DNA from: Macrostomum hystrix
Lineage: Eukaryota; Animalia; Platyhelminthes
DNA length: 64,000 nt
Direction of reading: 5' to 3'
Assembly (NCBI GenBank): GCA_950097015.1
Contig: CATNEN010000007.1
Span: forward strand, 10,602,001 to 10,666,000
Both the position numbers and the translations under genes were made by a program. The notes beneath the pieces are model-generated. The model did not search any database and was not told where the DNA came from. It worked only from the letters and a program-made list of their open reading frames with translations. This document shows positions 39,921 to 53,406 of this stretch, one piece after another (the first letter of the stretch is position 1; the number at the start of each line of letters is the position of its first letter).

Positions 39921-40485
39921 TCTCACCTGCGATCTAGTTCATTATCCCCCACAATCTCACCTGTGATCTAGTTCATTATCCCGCACAATGTCACCTGCGA
40001 TCTAGTTCATTATCCCCCACAATCTCGCCTGTGATCTAGTTCATTATCCCTCACAATCTCACCTGCGATCTAGTTCATTATTCCTCACAATCTCACCTGC
40101 GATCTAGTTCATTATCCCCCACAATCTCACCTGTGATCTAGTTCCTAATCCCTCACAATCTCACCTGCGATCTAGTTCATTATCCCTCACAATCTCACCT
40201 GCGATCTAGTTCATTATCCCTCACAATCTCACCTGCGATCTAGTTCATTATCCCTCACAATCTCACCTGCGATCTAGTTCATTATCCCTCACAATCTCAC
40301 CTGCGATCTAGTTCATTATCCCCCCACAATCTCACCTGTGATCTAGTTCATTATCTCTCACAATCTCACATGTGATCTAGTTCATTATCCCTCACAATCT
40401 CACCTGTGATCTAGTTCATTATCCCTCAAAATCTCATCTTTAATCTAGTACATTGTCTCTCACAATCTCACCTGACTTAGTTCAT
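39921..40485. repeat. 34-bp minisatellite about 120 bp downstream of the CASD1 stop
   Basis: Unit tctcacctgcgatctagttcattatccctcacaa, about 16 copies. Confidence 0.96.
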
Positions 40486-40607
40486 TGTCTCCCATCCAAG
40501 CTCATTCCATATCCCTCAAATGGTCAGCAGACAGCAATCAGGCACGCAGGGTCAGCTCCAAGGGCAGCGCAATGAAAAGGTTGGCCCAGCAAACTGCCTG
40601 GCAAATG

Positions 40608-43600
40608 TCAACTGAAGGCGAAGGCGCCGTGCGAGATGCCGATTGGCACCAGGACGGCGCAGAAGATGAACAGGTTGCGCAGGGCCAGGCGCCAGTCGTC
40701 CGGCACAGCGTATGGAGTCAGCAGGCGCGTGATGGAATGCACCTCGTGCGCCAGGCACACAAAGATAAAGGAGGTTGTGATCAGGTTGAGCACATAGTTG
40801 GACGGTATGAGCACTAGCAGGCCGCTGGTGTCGTTGGACAGCCACACGTGGTACTGGGCGATGAACAGCTCCAGGGCGATGCGGCCGAACCAGGCGAAGA
40901 AAACGGAGTAGCGCTGGCGCAGGGAGCCCCATACATTGCGCACGCAGGCGTAGCCGAGGATTGGCAGGGCCACCAGCAGCGGATGCACGGAGTTGCAGTC
41001 CTGCTTGCTGGGGCACAGCAGGGCGAAGCCGGTGTAGGACAGGCAGGCCAGCAGGCCCAGCAGAGTCAGGGCGGCCCCGGCGCCGCGGCCCGCCAAGTTG
41101 CCCTGCAGGTTTCGCAGTAAAACTACTAATTAAAAGTAAAACTACTGAGGGGATTTAAAATATCCAAGTTTTTCTTCCTGCACACGGGCTCAAATTTTTC
41201 GCTCTATCCGACGAAACAAGTTCCAGAATCACAAAACATTGGAATCGTCGAGATATTCAACTATTCTTGTCGGGGTGTCAGGTCGCATCATTTTTCTGCT
41301 CACAGAATTCTATTATGTTAATTTGTCGACTCCACATTCACAAACTGTCAATCAGTTAATTGTTAATTGTTAATATTTTATTTTTTTAACCAATAGGGAT
41401 TCGCCATAGAGGTTTGTCCAGAGCAATGTTACTGGCTCTTGTCACCAGGGTCTTGGACAAGAATCGCTGAATATCTGGACGATGCTGGCTCGGAAGGCTT
41501 TGAAAGTTACTCGAAAGTTTCCGTATCGATAAGGGCGGAAAAGGGCGGAGCTGTCGTCAAGCAGGCAGCGGGTATTTGAAATACCCCCATGGTCTTTCCC
41601 CAGGGGAAAATAGCGTAGGCTTTCTTTCTGTCTACTGGTAATTAACAGTAGAACTAACAAGGGGAGGGGGGACCCCCCTGACAATTATTTGTGCTGCACC
41701 CGAACGGAGCAACGCAAGCACACTAAACTTAAGAACACGGGCTAACTTTTTATTTCGCGTCTTCTGAAGCAAGAATCAAGTCGCCAGTCCTTCAGACCGT
41801 CAAGATATTCAACGGTTCTGGTCGAAAGTCAGATTTTCCCATAAGATTTAGAGTATTTCATGCTTCCCTATACATGAATTTGCACTGCGCCTCAGTGTGG
41901 CCTTGCCAGGCCTTCAAACTTTGTTAGCACGCCACCCGAACGTGCCTGCTTCATCTTCGACTTCAGAGTCGTCACCGACCTTTATCTAGACGGAGCTGCT
42001 GGAGGTCTCTATCTCGACGCTCTGAAGAACTGGCGACTTGATTCTTGTTTCAGAAGATGCGCAACAAAAAGTTGGCTGGTCTTGTTGAGTTTCGTGTGTT
42101 TGCATTGCTCCGTTCGGGTGCAGCAAAAAAACTGTCCCTCCCTTGGTAGTTCTACTATAAAGTAACGACAAGCTCACCTGGTGGCTGTCGTCCAGCAGTC
42201 GGAAGTGCCGGGCCGCCTGGATACAGACGGCTGCGGCCGCGCCGGCCAGGCTGGAGTAGCGGTCCAGCGCCCAGCGGAAGCGCCACTCGCCTGCCCGGTC
42301 CTCCGAGGCCACGAACAGCGACCGCGCCGGGCCGCTGAGGAACAGCTTGTTGAAGGCGTACTCGGAGGCGTACAGCAGCGACACGAGCAGGCCAACAACG
42401 CCCAGCTTGGCAGCCGCAGCGGCCAGCGTGAAGCCCGGCCGCCGGTCCAGCGTGGCCTGGCAGACCCTTGGCCAGGCGACAGCCATGAAGAACGTGACGA
42501 GGAACCAGTGCGACACCAGCGGCACGAAATAGTAGAACTGGTAGGGCCGGTTCATCACCAGGCACAGGCAGACCACCAGCACGTTCATGCGGAACAGCAC
42601 GCGGAGGCCGCGCACCAGGCAGCCTTTGAAGCCGCGCAGCCAGAAGTGGGTCATGTGACCATAGCCGGACAGGAACAGGTAGCTGGACACGCACACCCGG
42701 ATGTGCATGTACACCGGCAGCACCTGCGCCAGGGGAATTCGGGATCGTGCGGATATGGAGATGCAAGCAAGTGAAACATCTGTTATCACCTATCCTATCT
42801 ATCTACAGTGACTCATTTCCTCCCCCCCATATCGCCTCTTCGCTTTCTCATCTCCCTCGTAACTCATTTATCCCGTCTCATCTCCCTGGCGTCTTATCTT
42901 CCCAGTGTCTCAGCTGTCTTGTGTCTCATCTCTCCAGCATTTTATCTCTCTCCTGTATCTTATCTCTCTCGTGTCTCATCTCTCTCGAGTCTTATCTCTC
43001 TCCTGTATCTTATCTCTCTCGTGTCTCATCTCTCTCGAGCCTGACCTCTTCCCTATATTATTATCTCTCCAGCCTCTCATCTCTCCTGTTTCTCATCTCT
43101 CTCGTGTCTCATTCATCTCCTGTATCTCATCTCTCCCGTGTCTCATTCATCTCCTGTATCTCATCTCTCCCGTGTCTCATCTCTATCTCGAGCCTGACCT
43201 CTTTCCTGTCTTATCTCTCCAGCCTCTCATCTATTCAGTGTTTTGTCTCTCTCGTGTCCTATCTCTCCTGTCTTTTTAGGGGTATCTATCCATCTAGGGG
43301 TAATAGGTCAGTCCCTGAGTTCGAATACGCGGTGCGGCCACATTTGATTCGGGGCCATAGATGAGCCATTTACGACCACAAAGGCCTACTCCAATGCACA
43401 GGGAGTGTGCACGAATTGAGGCAGTCCTACAGCAGCAAGTAGCTCCCACCTGAGAAGCGGAGGTCATGTGGTAGACGAGGATGATGAGCTGGGCGACCCC
43501 CTTCCACTCGTCCGTGACGTCGCGGTGCAGCAGCTGGGTGTACTGGGAGTTGTCCGTGAAGAACAGGCCCAGCACCAGCACGTAAACCAGCGGGATGGCA

Positions 43601-45097
43601 AAGTTCAGCGCCGTGAAGGTCTTGTTCTCTTTCATGAAGAAGGAGGTCCGGTCGCACACGAAGAAGTAGCCGAGCACCAGGCCCAGCTTGGCCAGGGCGC
43701 AGGCCAGCTCGTGCAGCGAGTCAATCACAGAGAACGGGCTGGCGTCCGAGCCGGTGCGCTGGTGAGTCATGGCGTATGAGCTCTTCAGCCGCCTGGCGCC
43801 GCCTTTGCGCACGAACGCGTTGAACAGGAACAGCAGGCAGGCCACCAGGGCCCAGCAGGCGAAGAAGGCGAAGGTGAGCAGCTGGCTGATGGTGACGGGC
43901 TCCGGCACGGAACAGCAGGTGCCGTCCGAGTACTTCATGTGGTTGTTGCAGTAGAAATTGGCCAGCACCTGTGTGGATGGGCGCAGTGGGGTGGCATTTT
44001 AGCGCAGTGGGCTGCAGAGGAGGCCCTGCAGTTTTAGTCGGGGACAAAAGTAAATAAGCCGGTTCAGATCCCAACAGTTGGGACTTGGGTAAGCCGGAAG
44101 AGATCCTAATAGGTGAGCTGGTTGAGATCCCAACATGTTGGGATAAGGAAAGAACTGTTAAAGATGGCGTCATATTTAATCTAAAAAAGGAATGTGCAAG
44201 GCACCAATGCAGCCAAAGCACCAGTATGCAATCCTGTACAGTACAGCAGCCAAGGCTCACCTGCACATCCCAGTTGAGGGCCAGCGGACTTAGCGACACG
44301 CCATCGGAGCTGTTGAAGAAGCCGACCCCCTCGGCAATGATCCTGCTGGAGCTCCAGACGCTGACGCCGCTGGGATCCAGAACCCGACGGGCGGCGTCGT
44401 TCAGACGATCGATGAGGCCGTTTGTGGCGCCCCGGCTGGCATTGACGGCCAGCTCGTCCACCGGGTCCTGCAGTTTCCACAGCACTTTGGTGCGCAGGCC
44501 AGCCAGCTGCGGCACGGTGGCGCTGACGTTGGCGCCGAATTCGCGCACTAGAGAGTCCAGCGTGCTGGTGTTGGCGGCCTCGTACAGGCCGTGGCCCAGC
44601 ACCAGCAGCTGGGGCGGGGCGCGGGCCAGGCCGCGGAGGAAGCCGCGCAGCTCGGCATCCACGCGCGGGTAGTGCTTGAAGACAGCCCGCAGCTTGGTTT
44701 GGGCCGACTGCAGCTCCGTGCGCTGCGGACTGGACGGCGAACCGGTGTGCAGCTCCACGAAGGCTGAGAACAGGGCGTGCATGCGGGCGTCGCCAACAAA
44801 GTAAATGGAGTTGTGGCCGCCCCAGTAGGCAATGTAGTTGAGGCACATGCGCAGATCCTGGCGGCTGTACTTGTGCGCCATGCAGCCGTAGGGCTGCCAG
44901 GTGCTGTAGCCCTGGAAGCGGCCCTCGGACAGCAGCCACTTGCAGGTGTCACCGCCGGACTGCAGCAGGAGGACGCCGTGATAAGCGGAGAAGCAGACCA
45001 TGAGGAGCAGGGCCAGGCGCTTGGCATTCTCCACGTTGACAATCTGCGAGATCTCCTTGGTGGCGAGGGAGTTGAACCGCTGGCCACTGAGCTCCAT
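40608..45097 (-). CDS. CASD1: CASD1 (Cas1p-family O-acetyltransferase), about 798 aa; exons 45097-44261, 43968-43450, 42723-42178, 41102-40608
   Basis: C.WLLSEGRF, WQPYGCMAHKY, DGTCC, YFFVCDRT.FFMKENK, TDEWKG..Q..IL.YH, VYMHIRV.VSSYLFLSGYGH, MNRPYQFYYFVPLVS.WF, EWRFRWALDRY, FAWFGRIALELFIAQYHVWL. Phase-0 introns. Confidence 0.96.
41646..42157. mobile_element. Long-TIR MITE, internally deleted, in CASD1 intron 3
   Basis: Termini cagtagaacta.caagg / ccttggtagttctacta, flanked by taa on both sides; body matches the arms of the 21551-22380 element. Confidence 0.85.
42790..43275. repeat. Degenerate CT-rich low-complexity repeat
   Basis: Recurrent tctcatctctc, cctgtatct and ctcgtgtct subunits. Confidence 0.85.
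43311..43412 (+). mobile_element. Diverged partial SINE family A copy
   Basis: gtccctgagttcgaatacgcggtgcggccacatt...ctccaatgcacagggagtgtgcac resembles 62309-62435. Confidence 0.6.
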
Positions 45098-47859
45098 TTT
45101 TGTGTGGCCGCTGGGCTGGACTTAGGCCTGGAATACCAATGGTCAGGACTGGGTTACTTAAAAGGGATGAATAAATAACCCCAAAACTACTTTTCTGCAA
45201 AGTACTACAAAATCTGGTCTTTTTTCTAATAAAAGACATGGTTACTATGTATTTATTAAGAAAATGTTCACCATGTTTAGAGTGACTTAAAGAAAATATA
45301 CTCAGTATTACTATATTAATCATTTAAACAAAAAAGTTTTTTAAAGACTACAATTACATTATTTCATAACCATTTTTGTCATATTAAGCAACTTTATATT
45401 AAATATTGGCTTCAATGCAGAACCAACTATACAAAAATTCTAAAAACAAATATTAAAACAAGATTTAAAAAACTCTGACCATAATTATTTTTATAGAATT
45501 AAAGGTTTCACAAATATACAAAAATCTTATTCTACCTAAATATTTTGTAATCTTAAACCAGTGTTGCAGAAACAAATAGGCCTATTCTTGATGCTATGTG
45601 GGCTAAAAGTTTCTTTGAAATCTCACAGACAAACGTGCCTTTGCCTGGAATATGAGCCATGTTTTTCTTCAATTTATACCACAGATAATTATAATGTCAA
45701 GTATCATGTCTTAAAACGACTACTGTCACACTATTTTTAACTGCCTTTTCTTACAGTAGTCTTTGAGTCATCTACTGGTTATATAACTCCAAAATAACAA
45801 TAAAGCCTAACATAGTGTTTGTTAGTTTGTCTGAAATCAACAGCAAAGGAAGTACCAGGCTGATATTGTCTGTGAGTTGCACACCACATAGGAAAGATAC
45901 TCATTGAAAGACAATGGTCAGTAAGTGGGTCCAGTCCTTTGAAAAAGGCTAGAATACAAAAAACTCCTTGCAGTAGAAGACCAGCTACCACTGTCCAAAC
46001 TTCAACATTCAGTCATGCATCAAGCATTGAATGTTGACCAGCATGTCACATATAAGGATTGGCAGACATTGTGGGTCTCTCCTATAGCAGTCCACACCAT
46101 CTTCATAACTGAGCTAAGAATGTTACAGGTTGTTGTGGGTCCCACAACTGACTGAAGTTATATGACTGGGCCTATATTTCTGGATTTTTGTTTAATATTA
46201 AACAATTAATTAGGCTTTTCTGTAAAACTTCAGAAAAACCTTTGTAGCTAATTGTCATTTTAAAAGTATATCAATGCTTTTAGACATAAGAGTTTAATTT
46301 ATTAAACTAAAATATTTTTATTCAAATAAGTATTTTAGAGATTTATAGCAATTCATGAAAATATAGTCTATATTATTCTTTGATAATTAAAATTGATATT
46401 TCTTAAAATATTTACATCGAACTAAAATAATCCTAGTAGCTATTGAATATGTATTGTGCAGGTTTTGTTGCAGTTAAGTCTCTGTGCGAATAAAATTTTC
46501 CCTAGCCGAACAACAATAACCTTCGTTTGCGTAGCAATAGTATAAATTTGACGCCGGTTAATAAACATGATCGGCCAATACTGTCAATGTATATCTAGAT
46601 TTGTAATATTTTCATAACGGTTGATACGAAATACTAAATCAAAGATACGAAAGTGTGATTTGTACGAATTCAAAGGTAATTATATATCGAATTTTTATTT
46701 GTGTTTTTTTACTAATTTATAACTAAGAGCGTTTGAATGTCTAAAGTGGGTAGTTAATAACTTGATACCATTATCGGAAACAACATTTCATTCAATCACG
46801 TAATTAGTTGTATTAGGCTCTATATTTGTTTTTCTCTCACTGTTGATCAGGAATTATTTTTTTAGCGGAAGGCAACTGATCATAATTTATATTTTTCACT
46901 AGCCCAATCAGGGGTTCGGTAAGCCGCACTCTTTATAGGCGAGTCCCAGATGGATGGAAGGAGCAATAAGTATTACCGAGCATTCATGTCACATTCCTGC
47001 TGCCCTTTGCCTTACCGCCAGTATTTCGTTTCGTAGAATATACCCTAGCTGTTATGATGGTTAAAGAAGTGAGAATCAACACATTGGTAGAGTTGCTGCT
47101 ATCAAAACATTATCTAGCAACACAGAAGTATCGAGTTTTAAGCCAAGTCGAGAAGATAGAAAATATATAGTTTTTTTATGTTTCGCATATAGCTTCGGAT
47201 GTTTTAGCTGCCTATTGAGTGATTTTTGTTTATCTGAAACCAAAACACTCAGCACTCCAGCACCAACTCCAGCACAAACTTCAACCAGTTCAAGCACTAA
47301 CTCCAGCAGCAAATCTAGCACTGATTCCTTATTCCAATTGTAGGCAATTATTGCTTTCGTTGTCGTTATTAAAAGTTTAGGACAAATTGCAAGAAAGTCC
47401 TTACGTCGTCAGCTTTTTTCTTGTCAGTGCTTCTGAAGTCACTATTTCGTATTTTCAAGGCAATTTCCTTTCTTAAATGGCGTGGAAAATAACTGTACCT
47501 ATAAGATCCAAATCTCACTTCAGTGTTTGATAAATCCTTTATTTAGAATCTCTTCATGAAGCTGTGTGCATTTTAATCCACTCTTAATCTGGGCTTTTGG
47601 ACGAGAGCTGCAGTTTTATTTTATCAACAGCAAAATTCGAGATTATTGAAACAAAATCCGTGACCACCCCAAAGCTAGAGCTTTTACGAGAGTCAATTTG
47701 TTTTCACTGTACTTTTACCTTCATTTTCGGTGCGCATACACAGATAAAATTAAAACAGACCCTCTTTGCAAAAGAACGCCCTATTCGGGTCCAACCCTCA
47801 AGACAGGTGATAAAACTGTTGGCAAGATTTACACGACTGTGTGAGGGTGCGCCTGTGAA

Positions 47860-49284
47860 TGTATCAGTGAGCATGTATCCGTGAGCATGTATCCGTGAGC
47901 ATGTATCCATGAGCATGTATCCATGAGCATGTATCCGTGAGCATGTATCAGTGAGCATGTATCCGTGAGCATGTATCCGTGAGCATGTATCCATGAGCAT
48001 GTATCCGTGAGCATGTATCCGTGAGCATGTATCCGTGAGCATGTATCCGTGAGCATGTATCCATGAGCATGTATCCGTGAGCATGTATCAGTGAGCATGT
48101 ATCCATGAGCATGTATCAGTGAGCATGTATCCATGAGCATGTATCCGTGAGCATGTATCCGTGAGCATGTATCCATGAGCATGTATCCGTGAGCATGTAT
48201 CCGTGAGCATGTATCCATGAGCATGTATCCATGAGCATGTATCAGTGAGCATGTATCCATGAGCATGTATCCGTGAGCATGTATCCGTGAGCATGTATCC
48301 ATGAGCATGTATCAGTGAGCATGTATCCGTGAGCATGTATCCATGAGCATGTATCAGTGAGCATGTATCCATGAGCATGTATCCGTGAGCATGTATCCGT
48401 GAGCATGTATCCATGAGCATGTATCAGTGAGCATGTATCCATGAGCATGTATCCGTGAGCATGTATCCGTGAGCATGTATCCATGAGCATGTATCCGTGA
48501 GCATGTATCCGTGAGCATGTATCCATGAGCATGTATCCGTGAGCATGTATCAGTGAGCATGTATCCGTGAGCATGTATCCATGAGCATGTATCCGTGAGC
48601 ATCTATCAGTGAGCATGTATCAGTGAGCATGTATCCATGAGCATGTATCCGTGAGCATGTATCCGTGAGCATGTATCCATGAGCATGTATCCGTGAGCAT
48701 GTATCCGTGAGCATGTATCAGTGAGCATGTATCCGTGAGCATGTATCCATGAGCATGTATCCGTGAGCATCTATCAGTGAGCATGTATCCATGAGCATGT
48801 ATCAGTGAGCATGTATCCATGAGCATGTATCCGTGAGCATCTATCAGTGAGCATGTATCCATGAGCATGTATCAGTGAGCATGTATCCATGAGCATGTAT
48901 CAGTGAGCATGTATCCGTGAGCATGTATCCATGAGCATGTATCCGTGAGCATGTATCCGTGAGCATGTATCTATGAGCATGTATCCGTGAGCATGTATCC
49001 GTGAGCATGTATCCGTGAGCATGTATCTATGAGCATGTATCCATGAGCATGTATCCGTGAGCATGTATCCGTGAGCATGTATCCATGAGCATGTATCCGT
49101 GAGCATGTATCCATGAGCATGTATCCGTGAGCATGTATCCGTGAGCATGTATCCGTGAGCATGTATCTATGAGCATGTATCCATGAGCATGTATCCGTGA
49201 GCATGCATCCGTGAGCATGTATCCATGAGCATGTATCCGTGAGCATGTATCCGTGAACATGTATCCATGAGCATGTATCAGTGA
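47860..49284. repeat. 14-bp satellite, about 100 copies
   Basis: (gagcatgtatccgt)n with ccat/cagt variants. Confidence 0.98.
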
Positions 49285-49488
49285 TCAACTGTTCTCAGGG
49301 GTCAGCGGCAGAATCCTGATGATTGGTGTGGGTCGAATTTCGCTAGCAAATGATGTACTATTAGAATGGCCAATGTGATTTTTTAGCTTACCTACAATAA
49401 ATTCCATCTGTATTGGCAAAGTCTTGATAATAACAGATGATAAATATAGTTGCATGGCCCGGTGGGCACAGGTGTATCATTTGGTCAC

Positions 49489-49577
49489 AGTAAAATTGCA
49501 CGAGAAGCCCCACCTGAGCCTTCTCTGCGCGCCTCCAAATTAATGTGGCCTCGCTGCGGATTCGAACTCAGGGAACT
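49489..49577 (-). mobile_element. Partial SINE family A copy
   Basis: aaattgcacgagaagccc...aatgtggcctcgctgcggattcgaactcaggga. Confidence 0.7.
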
Positions 49578-50346
49578 TAATGCGAAAGTCGGACAAGTCC
49601 TTGAGTCCTGTCCTTGACTTCAGCCGGATGCATCGAGGAGGCGTTGCCGTTCATCCGGTGATGCCGTCGTCCACTCCGGAGAGTCGCAGAGAGGCAGAGA
49701 GAGCATTCCTCACTGAGGATATTGCCTTGCAGGTAGCGATGCCTAGCGAAACAGCGATGCCTGATGTCCCTGCGGTTGTCCAAGCAAGCAGAGCTAGACG
49801 GAGGGCAGGGGATCGGCGGTGTTGATTGTGCTAGCTGCAAGTCTGTGCATTCTTTGTCATCGTTTCCATAGCGGACTGAAATCTGTTTCTTGCGAGGTAA
49901 AAACAGATGCGCTCGCAGTGAAAGCAAAATGCCCCCCCTGGATTCGCTGCTGCAGCAAACAATGTAGCGGGAGACAATACCGGGAAATTGTCAAGCGAAT
50001 CTCCCCTCCCCATTGCAACATAGCAAGGCTATTTTTGGAACTGCAGCTCAGCAATGCGGAGCTCTGCCGCTTAAAAAAAATGCTCAGTTTATCCTCTTGT
50101 TTGGTGTATTTAAAAAGACTGCTTGCACAGCCAATTCACTAAACAAATTGCTGATCAGCTCTGCTAAATCTCTGACACTCTGTGTCAGGTATCTGCTCTC
50201 TTGATTTATTCATGCCAAAAGAATCCGAATGGTGCACCTTTGCCTTTAAATTAATTCATTTCACCCTGGAAATGCCAATTAGATGTCTGAATACATTCCA
50301 ACCAGGGACCGAATAGTCACAACGGTCAGCTCCAGAACCAGCATTA

Positions 50347-52100
50347 ACACCCACTCCAGCCAAACTCCAGCACCAATCCATCACTCACTCCAGCACCCAC
50401 ACCAGCACACACTCCAGCACCCACTCCAGCACCCACTCCAGCACACACTCCAGCACACACTCCAGCACCCAATCCAGCACCCACTCCAGCACCCACTCCA
50501 GCACCCACTACAGCACCCACTCCAGCACCCACTCCAGCACCCACTCCAGCACCCACTCCAGCACCCACTACAGCACCCACTCCAGCACCCACTCCAGCAC
50601 CCACTACAGCACCCACTACAGCACCCACTCCAGCACCCACTCCAGCACCCACTCCTGCTTTGGTTTGCATGGGTGCTTGCGCCTGTGCAAACCGGCTTTA
50701 GTGATCAGCCCGCCCCCTTGCTGTCTCTGTGCATCTGTGTGGGGTGGGGCCGTCCCCCACCCCCGCCGCCTGCTAGCCTTTTTAGGTGAGCCTCTCACCA
50801 CGTTTTCGGATTCAATTTGCGCGCAGCTCTCCGCTTGAGTTTTTCCCCACCTCTATCACCCACTACAGCACCCACTCCAGCACCCAAACTAGCACACACT
50901 CCAGCACCCGCTCCAGCACCCACTACAGCACCCACTACAGCACCCACTACAGCACCCACTCCAGCACCCACTACAGCACCCACTACAGCACCCACTACAG
51001 CACCCGCTCCAGCACCCACTCCAGCACCCACTCCAGCACCCACTCCAGCACCCACTCCAGCACCCACTACTGCACCCACTACAGCACCCACTCCAGCACC
51101 CACTCCAGCACCCAAACTAGCACACACTCCAGCACCCGCTCCAGCACCCACTCCAGCACCCACTCCAGCACCCACTCCAGCACCCACTCCAGCACCCACT
51201 ACTGCACCCACTACAGCACCCACTCCAGCACCCACTCCAGCACCCAAACTAGCACACACTCCAGCACCCGCTCCAGCACCCACTACAGCACCCAATACAG
51301 CACCCACTACAGCACCTACTACAGCACCCACTACAGCACCCACTACAGCACCCACTCCAGCACCCACTCCAGCACCCACTACTGCACCCAAACTAGCACA
51401 CACTACAGCACCCACTACAGCACCCACTACAGCACCCACTCCAGCACCCACTACAGCACCCACTACAGCACCCACTACAGCACCCACTACAGCACCCACT
51501 ACAGCACCCACTACAGCACCCACTACAGCACCCACTACAGCACCCACTACAGCACCCACTCCAGCACCCACTACTGCACCCGCTCCAGCACCCACTCCAG
51601 CACCCACTCCAGCACCCACTCCAGCACCCACTACTGCACCCACTACAGCACCCACTCCAGCACCCACTCCAGCACCCAAACTAGCACACACTCCAGCACC
51701 CGCTCCAGCACCCACTACAGCACCCACTACAGCACCCACTACAGCACCCACTACAGCACCCACTCCAGCACCCACTACAGCACCCACTCCAGCACCCACT
51801 ACAGCACCCAGTACAGCACCCACTACAGCACCCACTCCAGCACCCACGACAGCACCCACTACAGCACCCACTACAGCACCCACTACAGCACCCAGTACAG
51901 CACCCACGACAGCACCCACTACTGCACCCACTACAGCACCCACTCCAGCACCCACTACAGCACCCACTACAGCACCCACTCCAGCACCCACTACAGCACC
52001 CAGTACAGCACCCACTACAGCACCCACTCCAGCACCCACTACAGCACCCACTACAGCACCCACTACAGCACCCACTACAGCACCCACTCCAGCACCCGCC
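50347..52100. repeat. 12-bp repeat in two blocks (50347-50655, 50858-52100)
   Basis: (cagcacccactc / cagcacccacta)n. Confidence 0.97.
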
Positions 52101-53406
52101 ACCAAGCATGGCTTTTACTTTAAAGGCCATTAATAAAACAGCTTTCTAATTGAAATCAATGAGTAAAAAGTGCAAGCAGACGGTGTAAAAAAAATCAGTC
52201 AGACTTGAGTGAAAATTTCTGCCTGAACATCACGTCCTATAACTGCAGAGGTCACCTGGATGGATTCGTTAATGATGACGCAGGCGTGATCAACCTAGCC
52301 TAAGAGTAATTCTGACAGGCTCAGAGAAGTCAGCTAAGCTGGTGTGACTATGCAATGTTTTATTTCCGCAACAGATTTTCATTATTGAAGTTTTCGTCAA
52401 TAGTAGCTAATTGCTACTCTTCATGCTAGCACCGGATCGGGGGCAGCAACAAGGGAGGGGAACTGGCATGAGGCGGATGAGCCCTATATCTACAATCGAT
52501 TTGCTTCTTCTGTGCGATTAATGAACAGCCGGAGTTGCACCTGCACGCGCGGCCAGGCCTCGCTAATTGCTACTCTCGGCGGGCCCGGAGAGCTGCCAGA
52601 GCGTCAGGCGCCAAGGATTCCTAAATGGATGCTCGCAAGTCACCGCGGTGGCCGATTTATTTCCCTTTTAAAAACTGATTTGATTTCATTCTTCTTGCCG
52701 CAGATTCTGTTAGAGAAATCGATGGCCAATCAAATCAACACTTGAAGACGAGTGCTTTGCAGTCAGACATCATTTGATTGGCCCACTTGCCAGACAGAAA
52801 ACTATCAGACATTGAGCTCGCGTCACTCGCACAGTCCTGTTGTCATGACAACCAAGCACTTTCGTGTGCCGGTAAGAATCGAGGAAGGAGTAGAGGGTCA
52901 CGCACACACACAAACTTCTCTCTCACTCTCTTATGGGTGCCAAGCGACATCAACTGGAGGCTGCGGCGGTGGGGTGGGCGCCGGCGCGGGTCTGAAAGCA
53001 GGCCGGGCCGCAGGGAGCAGCTGCACTTTGTGAGTGTTTTGGACGGCGCGCTTAGCAGGAAGAGGGCACTCAGGCAAGTCCCCAGCCATCTATCTGTGAG
53101 CCTCCCGCCCCCCGTCAACCGCTCCCACCCGGCTCCAGCCCCTCAGCCCCCCTCTGCCTCAGCCCGTTAGCCAGCCATTGGCCGGGCCGCCTCTCAACAC
53201 TGGCGGCAATGAATTTGAGCCGCCAGTAAAGCCCGCCGTGAATGCGGGCTTTAAAGCCGCTCAAAACCGCCCCTCTCGCCCCAGACTCACTCTGTTGATC
53301 CGCGCTATCAATTCCATTCCAATTTCACCTTTCCGCGCGGCCTGAGCACTGTTCTCAAATCCGCAACCGCAATCCGACTGGCCCAGCCCAGCCAGTAGCA
53401 TACTCG

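Noticed and set aside
49590-49825. Coding-like GC-rich segment
   Set aside because: No recognisable domain or splice context; possibly a retroelement remnant but too weak to call.
50786-52133. Mucin-like APTT/APTP protein
   Set aside because: 12-bp repeat open in several frames, no ATG or signal peptide, and an adjacent block of the same repeat is read in a different frame. An exon cannot be fully excluded without RNA data.
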